Of a DNA stretch of 64,000 nt, positions 31,063-41,858 are shown in pieces (the stretch's first letter is position 1; the number at the start of each line of letters is the position of its first letter). Position numbers and translations under genes: made by a program. The stretch covers positions 84,341 to 148,340 of IMG/VR virus record IMGVR_UViG_3300031963_000020; one strand, written 5' to 3'. The notes beneath the pieces are model-generated. The model was not told the DNA's origin. It saw only the letters and a list, made by a program, of their open reading frames with translations, and did not search any database. This DNA is from a virus.

Positions 31063-33171
31063 ATGGCAAAGATATTTAGTACTATCGCTAAAACCACAAA
31101 AACTTTATCCGAAAGATACGCGGACTCCGTTGTGAATAATGAATTTACAACATTTAAGTCATTACGTGGTACAGTAAGTGGAGATTTAGTACCTTCACGA
31201 TTATTGATTACGAATCGTCCGAAAAAGGTATACGACGATTATACAGATCCTAGATTAACATCTATTCCGTTAGTCAAAGAGTATCAAGAAAGTCAATTGA
31301 TAACAAAAGCATTGATAACTAGATCTAGACGTACTGCATTCTACGAAGCGTTCAGAAGTACAAGTTCAAATCAAACAGCTACGAACCCAGCAAGAAATGA
31401 TACTCTTGTAGAAATTAAACCGTACTCCCAGAACGGTGAAAATGAAACATACGTAATAGACACCAGTAGAATGTTGCAAAATTCACAATCATTACCACTG
31501 GTATCCGGTCCACGTGATATTCAGAGAATGAACAGATACTTCAGAACATCAGATGGTCAAAATTTTAAGGTATTTCAACAATTACTGCAAGCAGGTAATA
31601 CCTTCGGTCAGTCTCGGTCATACAACCCAGCATCAGTAGAAAATATGGTGCTGAATTACAATAATGCAAATCTACTAAACCCACTAAATCGTGTATCACG
31701 ATTGATAGAGGGAACAGCAATACGAGATAGTAGATTACAAGGTAGATTACAAAAGGAAACTGTAATTAATGTACAAACAAAATTACCATTAAAGTTCGTT
31801 GGTGGATCACAACCATCGCAACAAAGTGGATTTACTGGAGCATTAAATAGTGCGTTTGGTGCATATGTTCAAAATAGAATTAATCAAGTTAATTTCAATA
31901 TTGGTGGTCGTACATTTAATGTTGGTCAAGTAGGAAACGCATTAAACGCACTCACTACAGCACAACAAGCACTTGGTGCAGCATTCAGTATAAATGATGC
32001 AACTCTAGTAAAAGACCAAACAGCATATGATGCACTGTATTTAAATAATTTATGGCCATTAATGAAGGAAAACGATGGTACAGTTAAAAATTTTCAAGGA
32101 CCACAAGGTTCACGACAAGCATATCTTGATAGAGCAAGAGCAGCAGTACAAAAAACAAACTTTACAAGTATCAATAGCGGTCTAGGAAATGCATTAAAAG
32201 ATTATCCAACTGATGACTATAGAAGTTCTGCGGACTACACAGAAACATTACGTTCTGTTAGTAGAGGGACGCCACGTGGAAGTAATCTTACAAGTGCAAG
32301 ATATACAAAAGACGTATTCAATTTAATTGATGACAAACGTATAACAAAACTTTCTGATTTACAAACTGCTGGTGATCCATCAACAGAAAAAGATTATGTT
32401 ATGTTTAAAATTGCAGTACCAGGTGTACCAGAATTAGCAAATGGAATAAAGTTCAGAGCATTTATTAGTGATTTGAATCACAACGCACGTGGTCAATACG
32501 AAGAAGTTAAGTATGTCGGCAGACCAGAAAGATTTATAACGTATAAGGGTATGAACAGAAATGCGACATTCTCTATGTATCTTGTCGCATTTAGTGAAGC
32601 AGAATTAAATGGTATATGGGCTAGAGCAGATATGTTAAATAAGTTAGTGTTTCCTATAAAAGATGCTGGTGGATTTATGGTAGCACCACTAGTAAAACTA
32701 ACAATTGGAAACGTATTTGTAGACCAACCAGGATATGTAGAAAACGTTGATATGAAGTTGACCGACATTCCATGGGATATTGACCAAGAACTTCCTATGG
32801 CAATCCAGTTGACTATGGCATTCAACGTAATAGAAAATTCATTTATTACACAACAAGCTAACAGTGCAGAACTATTCAACTACGCTGCATTGAACGCATT
32901 ACAACGTGCAAATCCACAAAACGGAACGGGTGTACAATCGGCACAACAAGCTGGTGGTGCGGTAGCACAAGCAACGCAGCCAGCAGGAGTGGGTACAGGA
33001 ATATCACAAGTAGACACTACTAGTAGAATACGAGCAGATGAAATAAGATACAACCCCAACTATTCTGAGCAAGTGACATCTACAAATCCATTATTGGAAT
33101 ACCAACAAAGAATTCAAAGACAATTACGAGTACCACGCATTGGTTCGACAACCTCAACAGCTGGACGATAA
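31063..33171 (+). CDS. Baseplate/tail-tube initiator-like structural protein
   Basis: FRAFISD...YVGRPE.F..YKG..R..TFS...P.VKLTIG...PG....V motif typical of tube-initiator proteins. Confidence 0.55.
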   Translation: MAKIFSTIAKTTKTLSERYADSVVNNEFTTFKSLRGTVSGDLVPSRLLITNRPKKVYDDYTDPRLTSIPLVKEYQESQLITKALITRSRRTAFYEAFRSTSSNQTATNPARNDTLVEIKPYSQNGENETYVIDTSRMLQNSQSLPLVSGPRDIQRMNRYFRTSDGQNFKVFQQLLQAGNTFGQSRSYNPASVENMVLNYNNANLLNPLNRVSRLIEGTAIRDSRLQGRLQKETVINVQTKLPLKFVGGSQPSQQSGFTGALNSAFGAYVQNRINQVNFNIGGRTFNVGQVGNALNALTTAQQALGAAFSINDATLVKDQTAYDALYLNNLWPLMKENDGTVKNFQGPQGSRQAYLDRARAAVQKTNFTSINSGLGNALKDYPTDDYRSSADYTETLRSVSRGTPRGSNLTSARYTKDVFNLIDDKRITKLSDLQTAGDPSTEKDYVMFKIAVPGVPELANGIKFRAFISDLNHNARGQYEEVKYVGRPERFITYKGMNRNATFSMYLVAFSEAELNGIWARADMLNKLVFPIKDAGGFMVAPLVKLTIGNVFVDQPGYVENVDMKLTDIPWDIDQELPMAIQLTMAFNVIENSFITQQANSAELFNYAALNALQRANPQNGTGVQSAQQAGGAVAQATQPAGVGTGISQVDTTSRIRADEIRYNPNYSEQVTSTNPLLEYQQRIQRQLRVPRIGSTTSTAGR

Positions 33172-33174
33172 CAT

Positions 33175-33447
33175 ATGATATTCAGATATCTAGAAGATTT
33201 TGAAGTATTAACAACCCGAGATGGTAGAAGATATTACCAAACTGGGATTACAAATATTATACCACCTGATATTTTTGAATATACGATAATCGCACAAGAT
33301 GGAGATCGTCTTGACACACTAGCAGCACGTTATTACGGGGACGCTTCAAAATGGTGGATTATCGCAAAAGCGAACAACTTAGTTAACGGTACGTTTTTCT
33401 TAAAGGGTGGAACACAATTAGTTATACCATCAGCAGGTCTACAATAA
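33175..33447 (+). CDS. LysM-like baseplate wedge protein (gp53/tail X-like)
   Basis: QDGDRLDTLAARYYGDASKWWIIAKAN...GTQLVIP. Confidence 0.8.
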   Translation: MIFRYLEDFEVLTTRDGRRYYQTGITNIIPPDIFEYTIIAQDGDRLDTLAARYYGDASKWWIIAKANNLVNGTFFLKGGTQLVIPSAGLQ

Positions 33448-33450
33448 TCT

Positions 33451-36006
33451 ATGGCACTAAACCCAGTAGAAACATTAAATGTATTTGACAAAGACTTACG
33501 AACAGAATTAAGAAATCGTTCGTTTAGTAAAAATTTGGTGCGTATTAGAACACCATTTTTACGGTTCACCACTGCTACCGATATGTCAAACATTGATAAT
33601 GCTGGGTCATTGGGACCAACATTTGGTGCATATAAGGATTGTAGATTTTTTACTTTAGGATTGCATGGATGGGATAATAAAAATTATTCTGCAGCAGATT
33701 TATATGGCACACAATCTGACAAAGGATTGATTATCGGTACAACATATAAACAGTCTGATACTGGTGGTGAACAACGATTGATGTATACCCAAACCACCAA
33801 AGACACAGCAGCACAAAATTTTCCACCACCAGGTATAACAAGTGCGACTGTAGAACGTTTGCGCAATGGAAACGTATTAAAATTTACTCTTGAAATTCAA
33901 TGTTATACCCAAGAGCAGTTGGAAATTTTAGACGCTGTGTGTTTTATTCCCGGAATGACTTCTATATTGGAATGGGGAACTATACATTCTACTACAGATA
34001 CAGTAGAAGAACTAACTACTCTGGATTTCAAAAGAACCGGAGTAGAAACCGATATAAGGTTAGCGATTGCCGATTCAAGACAAAGCTTTATAGACAAGTG
34101 GTGTAAACCAAATAAGTTTAATTATGATTTTGCCGTAGCAAATATTGCAAATGTAAAAACAAGTTTACAAAATGATGTCTACAAAATCACCGTGGTAGCA
34201 TACGGTAGAGCAGATAATTTATTGTACATCTCTGCGTATTCAACATCAAATCCACTTGACCCAAATCAAGTTAACGCCGATCAAGCGGTAGTCAAGTCTG
34301 TATCAGAATATTTTAGAATAAATGGTCCGTTCTCTACATACTTGAAAGACAACGTTAATAATACGGCTGGAAACATAATACGATTTTATGACCCCATAGA
34401 CAGAGCAGCACAACCAGGAACAGATGTTCCATCGTCTGCTGATTCTGGGACTACTAACGATTTGGGATTGGAAGATTCGTATTTTATAAGTTTTGGACAC
34501 TTTGTAGACGAAATTTTGAATAGACAGGTTGTGTCTATTATTAACTCTGCTACAAATGGTGAAGCACAACTATCTAATTTGGTATCTCCACTAATTGATG
34601 GAACTGATGTTATCGTTGTTGGATTTAATGAATATCTACGGTCAACAAATCCAGAAACAATGATTATCTTCAACGAAGCTGCTATAGCTAAAGCAAATAG
34701 AAGAACTACAAATGAAGCACAGCAATCTGGACTTATCAATCAATTACAAAGAAGTGATGGTAATGGTTCGTGGAGTTATAATAACAGAACTCTTGTTGGA
34801 GATACAAGTTTACTTGGAGCAGGTGGTGCAGCTGGTAATGCAGAACGTGAGGGAACTTATAGCGCGTTACAAAGTAGAAAATTTGGATCAAACGTAATTA
34901 CGGAAAGTGGTATAACTTCACTAGCGACGGGTGTATGGTTGAATAGTAAAGGAATACAATCAGTGTTTTTGAACGCAAGAACTATTATGGAAGGACTAGA
35001 AGCACTCCTTCGTAATATCAACGCAGCAACAGAAAATTACTGGGATTTGAAGTTATTTTATGATGACGACAGACAACAATTTCGTATCTTGGATGATAAC
35101 GCAAGAACAATAGCTATTAATTCAGAAGATAAAATCTATGAGTTCAATAAAAAATTATTAAGCACAGATGTAGTAAATGACAAAGGACAACCAGACATTT
35201 TGGGTCCTGATGTGTTGGATATACAGGTAAGTACCGATTATCCAAAAATGTTGTTCTCGCAATTAGCGGTGTCGGGAATCAACGGTGGTAATTTAATAAC
35301 TGCTCCTGAACGTAGAGATGCAGACTTTGTAAACAATAAAGGACTCACCGATATATTTGCTAGAACGAATAAACCACAATCTGGTGTCGAAACTAGCACA
35401 CCACCAGCATATCCTCCTGGGGGATTGAGTACAACAGATATAGCGAAAACTTTATCTGGTCAATTATTAGGAGATGCGAGTGGAACAGAAAATATATCTG
35501 GCTTACTTGCACCATTTAGTGTTGCTGGAGCACAGGGTGTACCACCACAAGTTGCACAATTTATTACAACAATATTCAATAATAGACAATTTTTAACAGT
35601 ACAGCAAGCTAGAGCTTATCGTTCTACATTTGAACGATTTAGAAGAGATTCTTTAATAACCGAGGCACAAGCAGCAGCTATAACCGCACTATTCGCTTAC
35701 AGAACAAAAGCATTGATTGAACGTGAAAAAAATAGAGAAAAAGCTGAGTGGGGTTCAAGTTTTTATGCATGGAATCGTGATTATGCAGATGCAAGAATAG
35801 CTGCTCGTGCACGTATTATAGTAGAAAATAAAATTGAAGAATCAAAACAATATTTTAGAAATAAAATTGATGCTATAACCAAAACACAAAGAGAAGCGGT
35901 TGCGGCAGCTCAACAACAAATAGATGCGCAAAAACCACAACCAGAAATAGTAGGAGTACCAGGAAGAACAGGTCCAGGTGCCATAGCTGCACGAGGGGGA
36001 CTGTAA
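33451..36006 (+). CDS. Large baseplate hub-like structural protein
   Basis: PPPGITS..V...PGMTSILEWG motif; position after the LysM wedge gene. Confidence 0.5.
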   Translation: MALNPVETLNVFDKDLRTELRNRSFSKNLVRIRTPFLRFTTATDMSNIDNAGSLGPTFGAYKDCRFFTLGLHGWDNKNYSAADLYGTQSDKGLIIGTTYKQSDTGGEQRLMYTQTTKDTAAQNFPPPGITSATVERLRNGNVLKFTLEIQCYTQEQLEILDAVCFIPGMTSILEWGTIHSTTDTVEELTTLDFKRTGVETDIRLAIADSRQSFIDKWCKPNKFNYDFAVANIANVKTSLQNDVYKITVVAYGRADNLLYISAYSTSNPLDPNQVNADQAVVKSVSEYFRINGPFSTYLKDNVNNTAGNIIRFYDPIDRAAQPGTDVPSSADSGTTNDLGLEDSYFISFGHFVDEILNRQVVSIINSATNGEAQLSNLVSPLIDGTDVIVVGFNEYLRSTNPETMIIFNEAAIAKANRRTTNEAQQSGLINQLQRSDGNGSWSYNNRTLVGDTSLLGAGGAAGNAEREGTYSALQSRKFGSNVITESGITSLATGVWLNSKGIQSVFLNARTIMEGLEALLRNINAATENYWDLKLFYDDDRQQFRILDDNARTIAINSEDKIYEFNKKLLSTDVVNDKGQPDILGPDVLDIQVSTDYPKMLFSQLAVSGINGGNLITAPERRDADFVNNKGLTDIFARTNKPQSGVETSTPPAYPPGGLSTTDIAKTLSGQLLGDASGTENISGLLAPFSVAGAQGVPPQVAQFITTIFNNRQFLTVQQARAYRSTFERFRRDSLITEAQAAAITALFAYRTKALIEREKNREKAEWGSSFYAWNRDYADARIAARARIIVENKIEESKQYFRNKIDAITKTQREAVAAAQQQIDAQKPQPEIVGVPGRTGPGAIAARGGL

Positions 36007-36007
36007 T

Positions 36008-37225
36008 ATGGCAGATGCAGACAAGAAAATAGTAAAAGTACTTAAGGTAGGCGTTGGATATAACATCGTGCAGTACGATGATAACACAACTGCACGGCGT
36101 ACAGGTACGTTTGCCGCAAGAAATAATAATCCTGGTAATTTAGAAAATGGGTCTTTTGCTAGAAGTATGGGGGCATTAGATTTAAGTCAAGCCGAAATAG
36201 ATAGAACTGGACAACAACCCCCACCAGGTGGAAATCCACCTGAACGATTTGCTATTTTTCCTACTTATGCGATGGGTCGTGAAGCAAAAAGAAAATTGCT
36301 ATTTGAAGGGTCAAGATATAAAGATAAGACCATTAGTGTTGCATTGAGCACATACGCACCACCCAGTGAAAATAATACACAAAATTACATTAATACAGTA
36401 GTAAGAGCTTTAAACCCAGCAACACCAGCAATTACCCAAGATACACTAATGAATACGTTGACCGAACAACAACGTATAAGATTTATTGATGCCGTGGAAG
36501 CGGTTGAAGGTGGTAGACGAGGACCAACGGGGTCAACACCAACAGCATATACACCTGGAGCTAGTACACCGTTTAATCCAGATGCAGCTATAGATTCATA
36601 TATGCTAAAAACATATACACAACCATTGAAACAAGAATTTTCAAGAGACACCGATGTTGTAAAATTAGCAGACGATGTACGGGGTGGTAATACATTTGTT
36701 AGTTTTGATAAAAAACCATATAGAGATTGGTTAAAAAATACAAACAAACTATATAGCGATTCACAGTTAGATGGAGAATTGGCTCTTCTTAATCTTGCGG
36801 CGGAAGCAAATCTGTCTCTTCAAGCGGAAGCAAAGTCTAATTTAGCAAAGGTAGATAATTTAATACCAGCAGAAGCAGCATTTTTAATACAACGAAACTT
36901 GTTTGAATTACAACCAGACCTTATGAGACAACAAATGTCTGCAAACGCTGGGTCTGGAAATAGAGAGGTAGATTATTCACACGCGTGGAGAGCACCAGGT
37001 AAATTGGCAATCACAGCCGATATTACGATACCTGGTGCATCTGGGTTCCGTATTGGACAAATATTCTGGGTTGGTAGAACATATGAGCATTACAAAAAGT
37101 TTGGTGCATTCCAACTATTCGGACTAACAGAAAATATTACTATTGGAAGAGGATGGAACACAACAATTCATTCTAGGTTCAATGCGATGCCAACAGGTAA
37201 AGTTAAAAATTTAAAATCGGAATAA
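36008..37225 (+). CDS. Virion protein with RNNNPGN (lysozyme-like) domain and hub-like C-terminus
   Basis: ARNNNPGNL...FAIFPT...G...YAPPSENNTQNY...AVEAVEG; C-terminal ITIPGASGFRIGQIF. Confidence 0.6.
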   Translation: MADADKKIVKVLKVGVGYNIVQYDDNTTARRTGTFAARNNNPGNLENGSFARSMGALDLSQAEIDRTGQQPPPGGNPPERFAIFPTYAMGREAKRKLLFEGSRYKDKTISVALSTYAPPSENNTQNYINTVVRALNPATPAITQDTLMNTLTEQQRIRFIDAVEAVEGGRRGPTGSTPTAYTPGASTPFNPDAAIDSYMLKTYTQPLKQEFSRDTDVVKLADDVRGGNTFVSFDKKPYRDWLKNTNKLYSDSQLDGELALLNLAAEANLSLQAEAKSNLAKVDNLIPAEAAFLIQRNLFELQPDLMRQQMSANAGSGNREVDYSHAWRAPGKLAITADITIPGASGFRIGQIFWVGRTYEHYKKFGAFQLFGLTENITIGRGWNTTIHSRFNAMPTGKVKNLKSE

Positions 37226-37228
37226 TAC

Positions 37229-37645
37229 ATGTTAACAAATATACCTCGTCCACTATTTGAGATTTTGGGAGATACAAATACCAAAAATAAATTGTCTTTG
37301 ACAATTACAAATGTCTCACCAAGTATTACTGATGAAGATATACGAAGAAAAGTGAAGTCTCGTTATTTTGCGAAATATACATCGCAAAGATATGGTACCG
37401 TGTTTGAAATAACTGGTGGTATGTATTCCAATATACTTAATAACCCATTATTTAGAAAAACTAAAATAGATTGGATAATATGCGGTAAACTTGAAGATAC
37501 CATCTTGACATTACCAAGTGGTGATAATATATTAATCAAGGGAGTGATTAGCCAAAACAAGGCACTACTTGGACTAGCAGAAGAAGAACTTCCAGGTATT
37601 ACTAATCATTTACGAAACTATATGGAATTCTATTCGGGGGAATAA
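37229..37645 (+). CDS. Conserved hypothetical phage protein
   Basis: Tightly packed ORF; RYF...FEI...W.I.G pattern. Confidence 0.5.
   Translation: MLTNIPRPLFEILGDTNTKNKLSLTITNVSPSITDEDIRRKVKSRYFAKYTSQRYGTVFEITGGMYSNILNNPLFRKTKIDWIICGKLEDTILTLPSGDNILIKGVISQNKALLGLAEEELPGITNHLRNYMEFYSGE
37505..37533 (+). promoter_or_regulatory. Sigma70-type promoter TTGACA-N17-TATATT (intragenic, upstream of PolA-like gene)
   Basis: Exact match to the consensus at 22152 and 52920. Confidence 0.55.
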
Positions 37646-38967
37646 TGGTTGTACAATCGGTTCTGGACTTACAAAAACTACAGAAGCGAATAGATACCGA
37701 GGTGTCGTATATGGCACCTATCCTCGTTGACCAGCACTCGCATCCTGCGGTCAATCAAGTGTCCTCTTTACATATTGCGTTTAACGACGGGGAATACTTC
37801 TGCGTTCCCTTTAATCATCCCGATGGTATCCCTCTATCGGTCGAACTTAAAGACGCATTTAAGATTGTTACCCTATACAAACGAGAAATCCTTCATGCGT
37901 TCCCAAGTGTTCCACACGAACGGGTGCATGATGTTGCGACTATTCTCCACTTATCCAGTAATAGTATTCCAGAAATTCGTGAATACTATACTCCGAATAT
38001 CCAACGAACATTACAGCAGTTTCAGTTTAAGAACCTGCATCTCAGTATCCCGTTGACGATGTGGATGGAATATGGACACAACCTACTTCGTTTCATCCAC
38101 GAATCATACAAGAAGCATACAACACCAGATGGGTATGAGTTTGTCAATAATACAATCATTCCAACGTTGACCACGATTGAGAAGTCGGGGCTATGTATTG
38201 ACCAGAATATCTTGACAGAACACTTTGGGTCAGACATAAAAAAATATATAACTAATAATACAATATATTCAGAATATAATCCATATACTGCTACAGGTCG
38301 TCCAAGCAACAAGTATGGTGGTATCAATTTTGCTGCACTAAATAAATCGGATGGAACTCGTGGAGCATTTACCAGTAGATATGGGGACGATGGACTTCTC
38401 ATCCAGTTTGACTACGAAGCGTTCCACTTACGTCTGGTTGGGGCACAAATGGGATATGACCTTCCAAATAGTTCTGTCCATACCTTTCTCGCTCAGCAGT
38501 ATTATGGTAAAGAGGAGGTCAATCCTGAGGAATATGAGGCGTCAAAAGCAAGAACATTTGCATTGATGTATGGAATGACCGAAGAGTTCGGTAATGTTGA
38601 TTTCTTCCATAAGGTTAGAAAGTATAGTGAACTGATATGGGAAATCTATAGAAGCTCTGGATATGTAAAGACCAAAACGGGTAAGAAACTGGTGGTCGAA
38701 GAACCATCGCAGAATAAAGTGTTTAACTATTCTGTACAATGGTTGGAAACAGAATCAGCACTCACTAATGTCGCAAAGGTGTGTGAGTTATTAAAGGGAC
38801 GATTGACGAAACCTATTCTCTACACTTATGACGCATTACTCTTAGATTTACACAGGTCGGAAGCAGCAATGCTCCCAGCAATCAAGAGTTTGTTAGAGGG
38901 AGAAATGTATCCAACTAGAATGTATAAGGGTAAAAATTACAATGAACTTTTGAAGGTAGAAATATAA
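37645..38967 (+). CDS. Divergent family A DNA polymerase domain protein
   Basis: TATGRPS, motif A LIQFDYEAFHLRL, motif B KARTFALMYG, motif C-like YTYDALL. Confidence 0.75.
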   Translation: MVVQSVLDLQKLQKRIDTEVSYMAPILVDQHSHPAVNQVSSLHIAFNDGEYFCVPFNHPDGIPLSVELKDAFKIVTLYKREILHAFPSVPHERVHDVATILHLSSNSIPEIREYYTPNIQRTLQQFQFKNLHLSIPLTMWMEYGHNLLRFIHESYKKHTTPDGYEFVNNTIIPTLTTIEKSGLCIDQNILTEHFGSDIKKYITNNTIYSEYNPYTATGRPSNKYGGINFAALNKSDGTRGAFTSRYGDDGLLIQFDYEAFHLRLVGAQMGYDLPNSSVHTFLAQQYYGKEEVNPEEYEASKARTFALMYGMTEEFGNVDFFHKVRKYSELIWEIYRSSGYVKTKTGKKLVVEEPSQNKVFNYSVQWLETESALTNVAKVCELLKGRLTKPILYTYDALLLDLHRSEAAMLPAIKSLLEGEMYPTRMYKGKNYNELLKVEI

Positions 38968-39039
38968 GGTTTGACCTTACATAATAATATTTATTAGGAG
39001 TAAAAAAGCAGGAAGTTTTACCCTAATGAGTTTATTATT

Positions 39040-39447
39040 ATGAAACCAGAAACACAGTTACTTTGTACTTTCTGTGCAAAAAAGGATATTGAATCCACCA
39101 TAGAACAAATCAAGAAAATCTACACACTCGCATTTAATTCGGTTTATGTGTTGGATAATGTGAATGATGAGAATCAAGCAATCTTGACGTATAATATCGA
39201 TTTATCGAAACCAGTTCTTGGTGAAGCACCAGAATCTACAATTTCAGTACATAGAAAGAAGCAAACAAACACTATCTACACAATCAATGCTATTAATAAG
39301 TTGATTGAAGAAAAGAATGGTGGTGTATTAGATAAGACCTATAAGATTGATTGGACTGAATTACAAAATACTGTTTTAGTCACCGCATACGGTCGCCTTA
39401 AAAAAGTAAATACTAAAATATCAAATATTATTAATATTCAAAACTAA
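39040..39447 (+). CDS. Conserved hypothetical phage protein
   Basis: QLLCTF...TISVHRKKQTNTIYTINAIN...IDW. Confidence 0.6.
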   Translation: MKPETQLLCTFCAKKDIESTIEQIKKIYTLAFNSVYVLDNVNDENQAILTYNIDLSKPVLGEAPESTISVHRKKQTNTIYTINAINKLIEEKNGGVLDKTYKIDWTELQNTVLVTAYGRLKKVNTKISNIINIQN

Positions 39448-39450
39448 GGC

Positions 39451-39479
39451 TTGACAAACACAACTGACCTCATTATCAT
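39451..39479 (+). promoter_or_regulatory. Sigma70-type promoter TTGACA-N17-TATCAT upstream of SSB
   Basis: Intergenic, perfect -35 and 17-nt spacer; AAGGAG SD downstream. Confidence 0.7.
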
Positions 39480-39531
39480 ACGTGGTGAGGTGTATTAAAC
39501 ACTCAACTCTAAACACTAAGGAGAAAATTGT

Positions 39532-40350
39532 ATGGCACTAGATTTTAATGCCCTAAAGGCAAAGCTCAACACATTCACAAAGCAAAGTGACCGAAGTGAG
39601 TCGCTTTGGAAGCCCACCGAAGGTAAGACAACCATCCGTATTGTCCCGTGGGCAAAGAACCGCGAGAACCCTTTCATTGAACTCTATTTCCACTATATCG
39701 GAAATAAGACTTACATCTCGCCTCTTTCATTTGGTCGCCGCGACCCTATCGCGGAATTCGCAGACAAGTTAGTTGAAGATGCACGCCGTGAAGGTCGTGA
39801 AGCGGAGAAGGCTGCCTGGAAGCAGGCTAACGCTTTCCGTCCGAAGCTTCGTACCTATGTTCCTATCATCGTTCGTGGTGAAGAGGACAAGGGTGTTCGT
39901 TTCTTCTCATTCGGTAAGACGGTCTATCAGGACCTCCTTTCCTACATCGCTGATCCTGACTACGGTGATATTACTGATCCGAAGGTTGGTCGTGATGTTG
40001 TGGTCGAATATATCCCACAAGAGAAGTCCGACACGAACTTTGCCAAGACCTCAGTAAAGGTTAAGCCGAATCAGACCCCTGTGGTCGGTGATGTTGATGT
40101 TGCTAAGAAGCTTCTCTCGGAACAGCCCGATATCTTTGCACTCTACAAGGAACCTTCCTATGAAGAGTTGATGGTTGTTCTCCAGAAGTATCTTGACCCA
40201 GATGGTTCGACTCCCACCCCCGCTCCTGCAAAGGGTAATTCTGAGGTCAAGAGTGTGACCGCCGAAGTCCTTGACGTTAAGACGGAGATTTCTGAGTCGG
40301 CACAAGTCAAGAACGCTCTTGATGAGTTCGATAAGCTATTCGACAATTAA
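39532..40350 (+). CDS. Single-stranded DNA-binding protein (T4 gp32-like)
   Basis: LWKP..GKTTIRIVP, DYGDITDP..GRD, acidic tail DEFDKLFDN; adjacent to recombinase. Confidence 0.8.
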   Translation: MALDFNALKAKLNTFTKQSDRSESLWKPTEGKTTIRIVPWAKNRENPFIELYFHYIGNKTYISPLSFGRRDPIAEFADKLVEDARREGREAEKAAWKQANAFRPKLRTYVPIIVRGEEDKGVRFFSFGKTVYQDLLSYIADPDYGDITDPKVGRDVVVEYIPQEKSDTNFAKTSVKVKPNQTPVVGDVDVAKKLLSEQPDIFALYKEPSYEELMVVLQKYLDPDGSTPTPAPAKGNSEVKSVTAEVLDVKTEISESAQVKNALDEFDKLFDN

Positions 40351-40363
40351 TCGGTAATCAACT

Positions 40364-41530
40364 ATGGCTACCGAAAAGAAAACTAAGAAACCAATTCCTG
40401 CGGCAGACCGTGACGAGTTGGCACAAGTCATCGCAGACTCACTTAACAAATTAAACAAAGACTCTGACCAGATTGCATATTTCCTTGATGGTAAGGAAGA
40501 TACTCCAACGGATTTCACCGATTTTATTTCGACTGGTGCAACAATGTTGGATATCGCAATCAGTAATCGTCCCCACGGTGGTATCGCTGTGGGCCGTATC
40601 ACTGAACTTACTGGATTGGAAGGTTCTGGTAAATCGTTGGTCGGTGCACAACTTATCGCTAATACACAGAAACGTGGTGGTGTGGCAGTATTGATTGATA
40701 CTGAAACCGCAGTTAATCCAGAGTTCTTTAAGGCTGTAGGTATTGATATGAACAAGTTAGTATATGTTCATCTTTCTACGGTTGAAGATATCTTCGATGC
40801 AATCACCAATATCATTGAAAAGGTCAGAGCTGGCAAGGACAAAGATAAGTTGGTCACGATTATCGTTGACTCCGTTGCCGCAGCTTCTACTAAGAAGGAA
40901 ATGGAAGCCGACTTCGGTAAGGACGGATACGCTACTGACAAGGCAATCATTATCAGTAAGGCAATGCGAAAGATTACCGGCCTCCTCGGTCGTGAACGTA
41001 TCGCATTAGTATTCACCAACCAACTCCGTCAGAAGATGAACGCTCCTGCGTTCTCTGACCCGTGGACTACCTCCGGTGGTAAGGCTATCGCATTCCACGC
41101 ATCAACTCGTATTCGTTTGTCCTTAATTGGTAAAATCCAAGACGGAAACAAGAATGTTGTTGGTGTGAATGTCAAGGCGGTTGTGGTTAAGAATCGTCTT
41201 GGTCCTCCACATCGTGTGGCAGAATTCGACATCTACTTTGACCGTGGTATTGATGATTATGGTAGTTGGTTGGATGTCTTGAAGGAAAACAACTTGGTCA
41301 AGCAATCTGGTGCATGGTATACTATGATTGATGAAACTACTGGTGAAGAAGTTAAGTTCCAATCAAAGGACTTCCCGAAGTTCTTAGACTCGAACATCAC
41401 CCGTAAGGAAGAAATCTATAGTAAGATTTGTGATACACTCATTATGAAGTATCGTAGTGAGTATAATCCAGACGCTATGACACTTGATACTGGTGAAGAA
41501 GATAGTAAACAACTTTTACTGGACGAATAA
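40364..41530 (+). CDS. recA: RecA/UvsX recombinase
   Basis: GRITELTGLEGSGKS, IDTE, IVDSVAA, FTNQLR, TSGGKAIAFHAS, VKNR. Confidence 0.95.
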   Translation: MATEKKTKKPIPAADRDELAQVIADSLNKLNKDSDQIAYFLDGKEDTPTDFTDFISTGATMLDIAISNRPHGGIAVGRITELTGLEGSGKSLVGAQLIANTQKRGGVAVLIDTETAVNPEFFKAVGIDMNKLVYVHLSTVEDIFDAITNIIEKVRAGKDKDKLVTIIVDSVAAASTKKEMEADFGKDGYATDKAIIISKAMRKITGLLGRERIALVFTNQLRQKMNAPAFSDPWTTSGGKAIAFHASTRIRLSLIGKIQDGNKNVVGVNVKAVVVKNRLGPPHRVAEFDIYFDRGIDDYGSWLDVLKENNLVKQSGAWYTMIDETTGEEVKFQSKDFPKFLDSNITRKEEIYSKICDTLIMKYRSEYNPDAMTLDTGEEDSKQLLLDE

Positions 41531-41531
41531 T

Positions 41532-41858
41532 ATGTTAGAAGAATTCATTGAGGTTGCATTAGAAGCATTTACTAATGCAAACGGAAATGTTGATAAGTTT
41601 GAACTACAACTTCGTAGAAAATTGATGGTATATAACACTACTGTCGCAACACAGCAATCTGTTGTGAATACTACAATTCCTCCAATTCCACTAAATCAAG
41701 TTGAAAAAGCTATAACTAACATAAGTGAAAATGATCCTATTTTTGCCGAACTTGAAAACATAGATGTTAATACTATGACTGATGAAGATGTATTAGCATT
41801 GGCTCGTCGTATGGGAATAATGGAAAACGTAGCTGAGCAATCAGAAGAAAATGAGTGA
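41532..41858 (+). CDS. Hypothetical protein
   Basis: ATG immediately after the recA stop. Confidence 0.5.
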   Translation: MLEEFIEVALEAFTNANGNVDKFELQLRRKLMVYNTTVATQQSVVNTTIPPIPLNQVEKAITNISENDPIFAELENIDVNTMTDEDVLALARRMGIMENVAEQSEENE

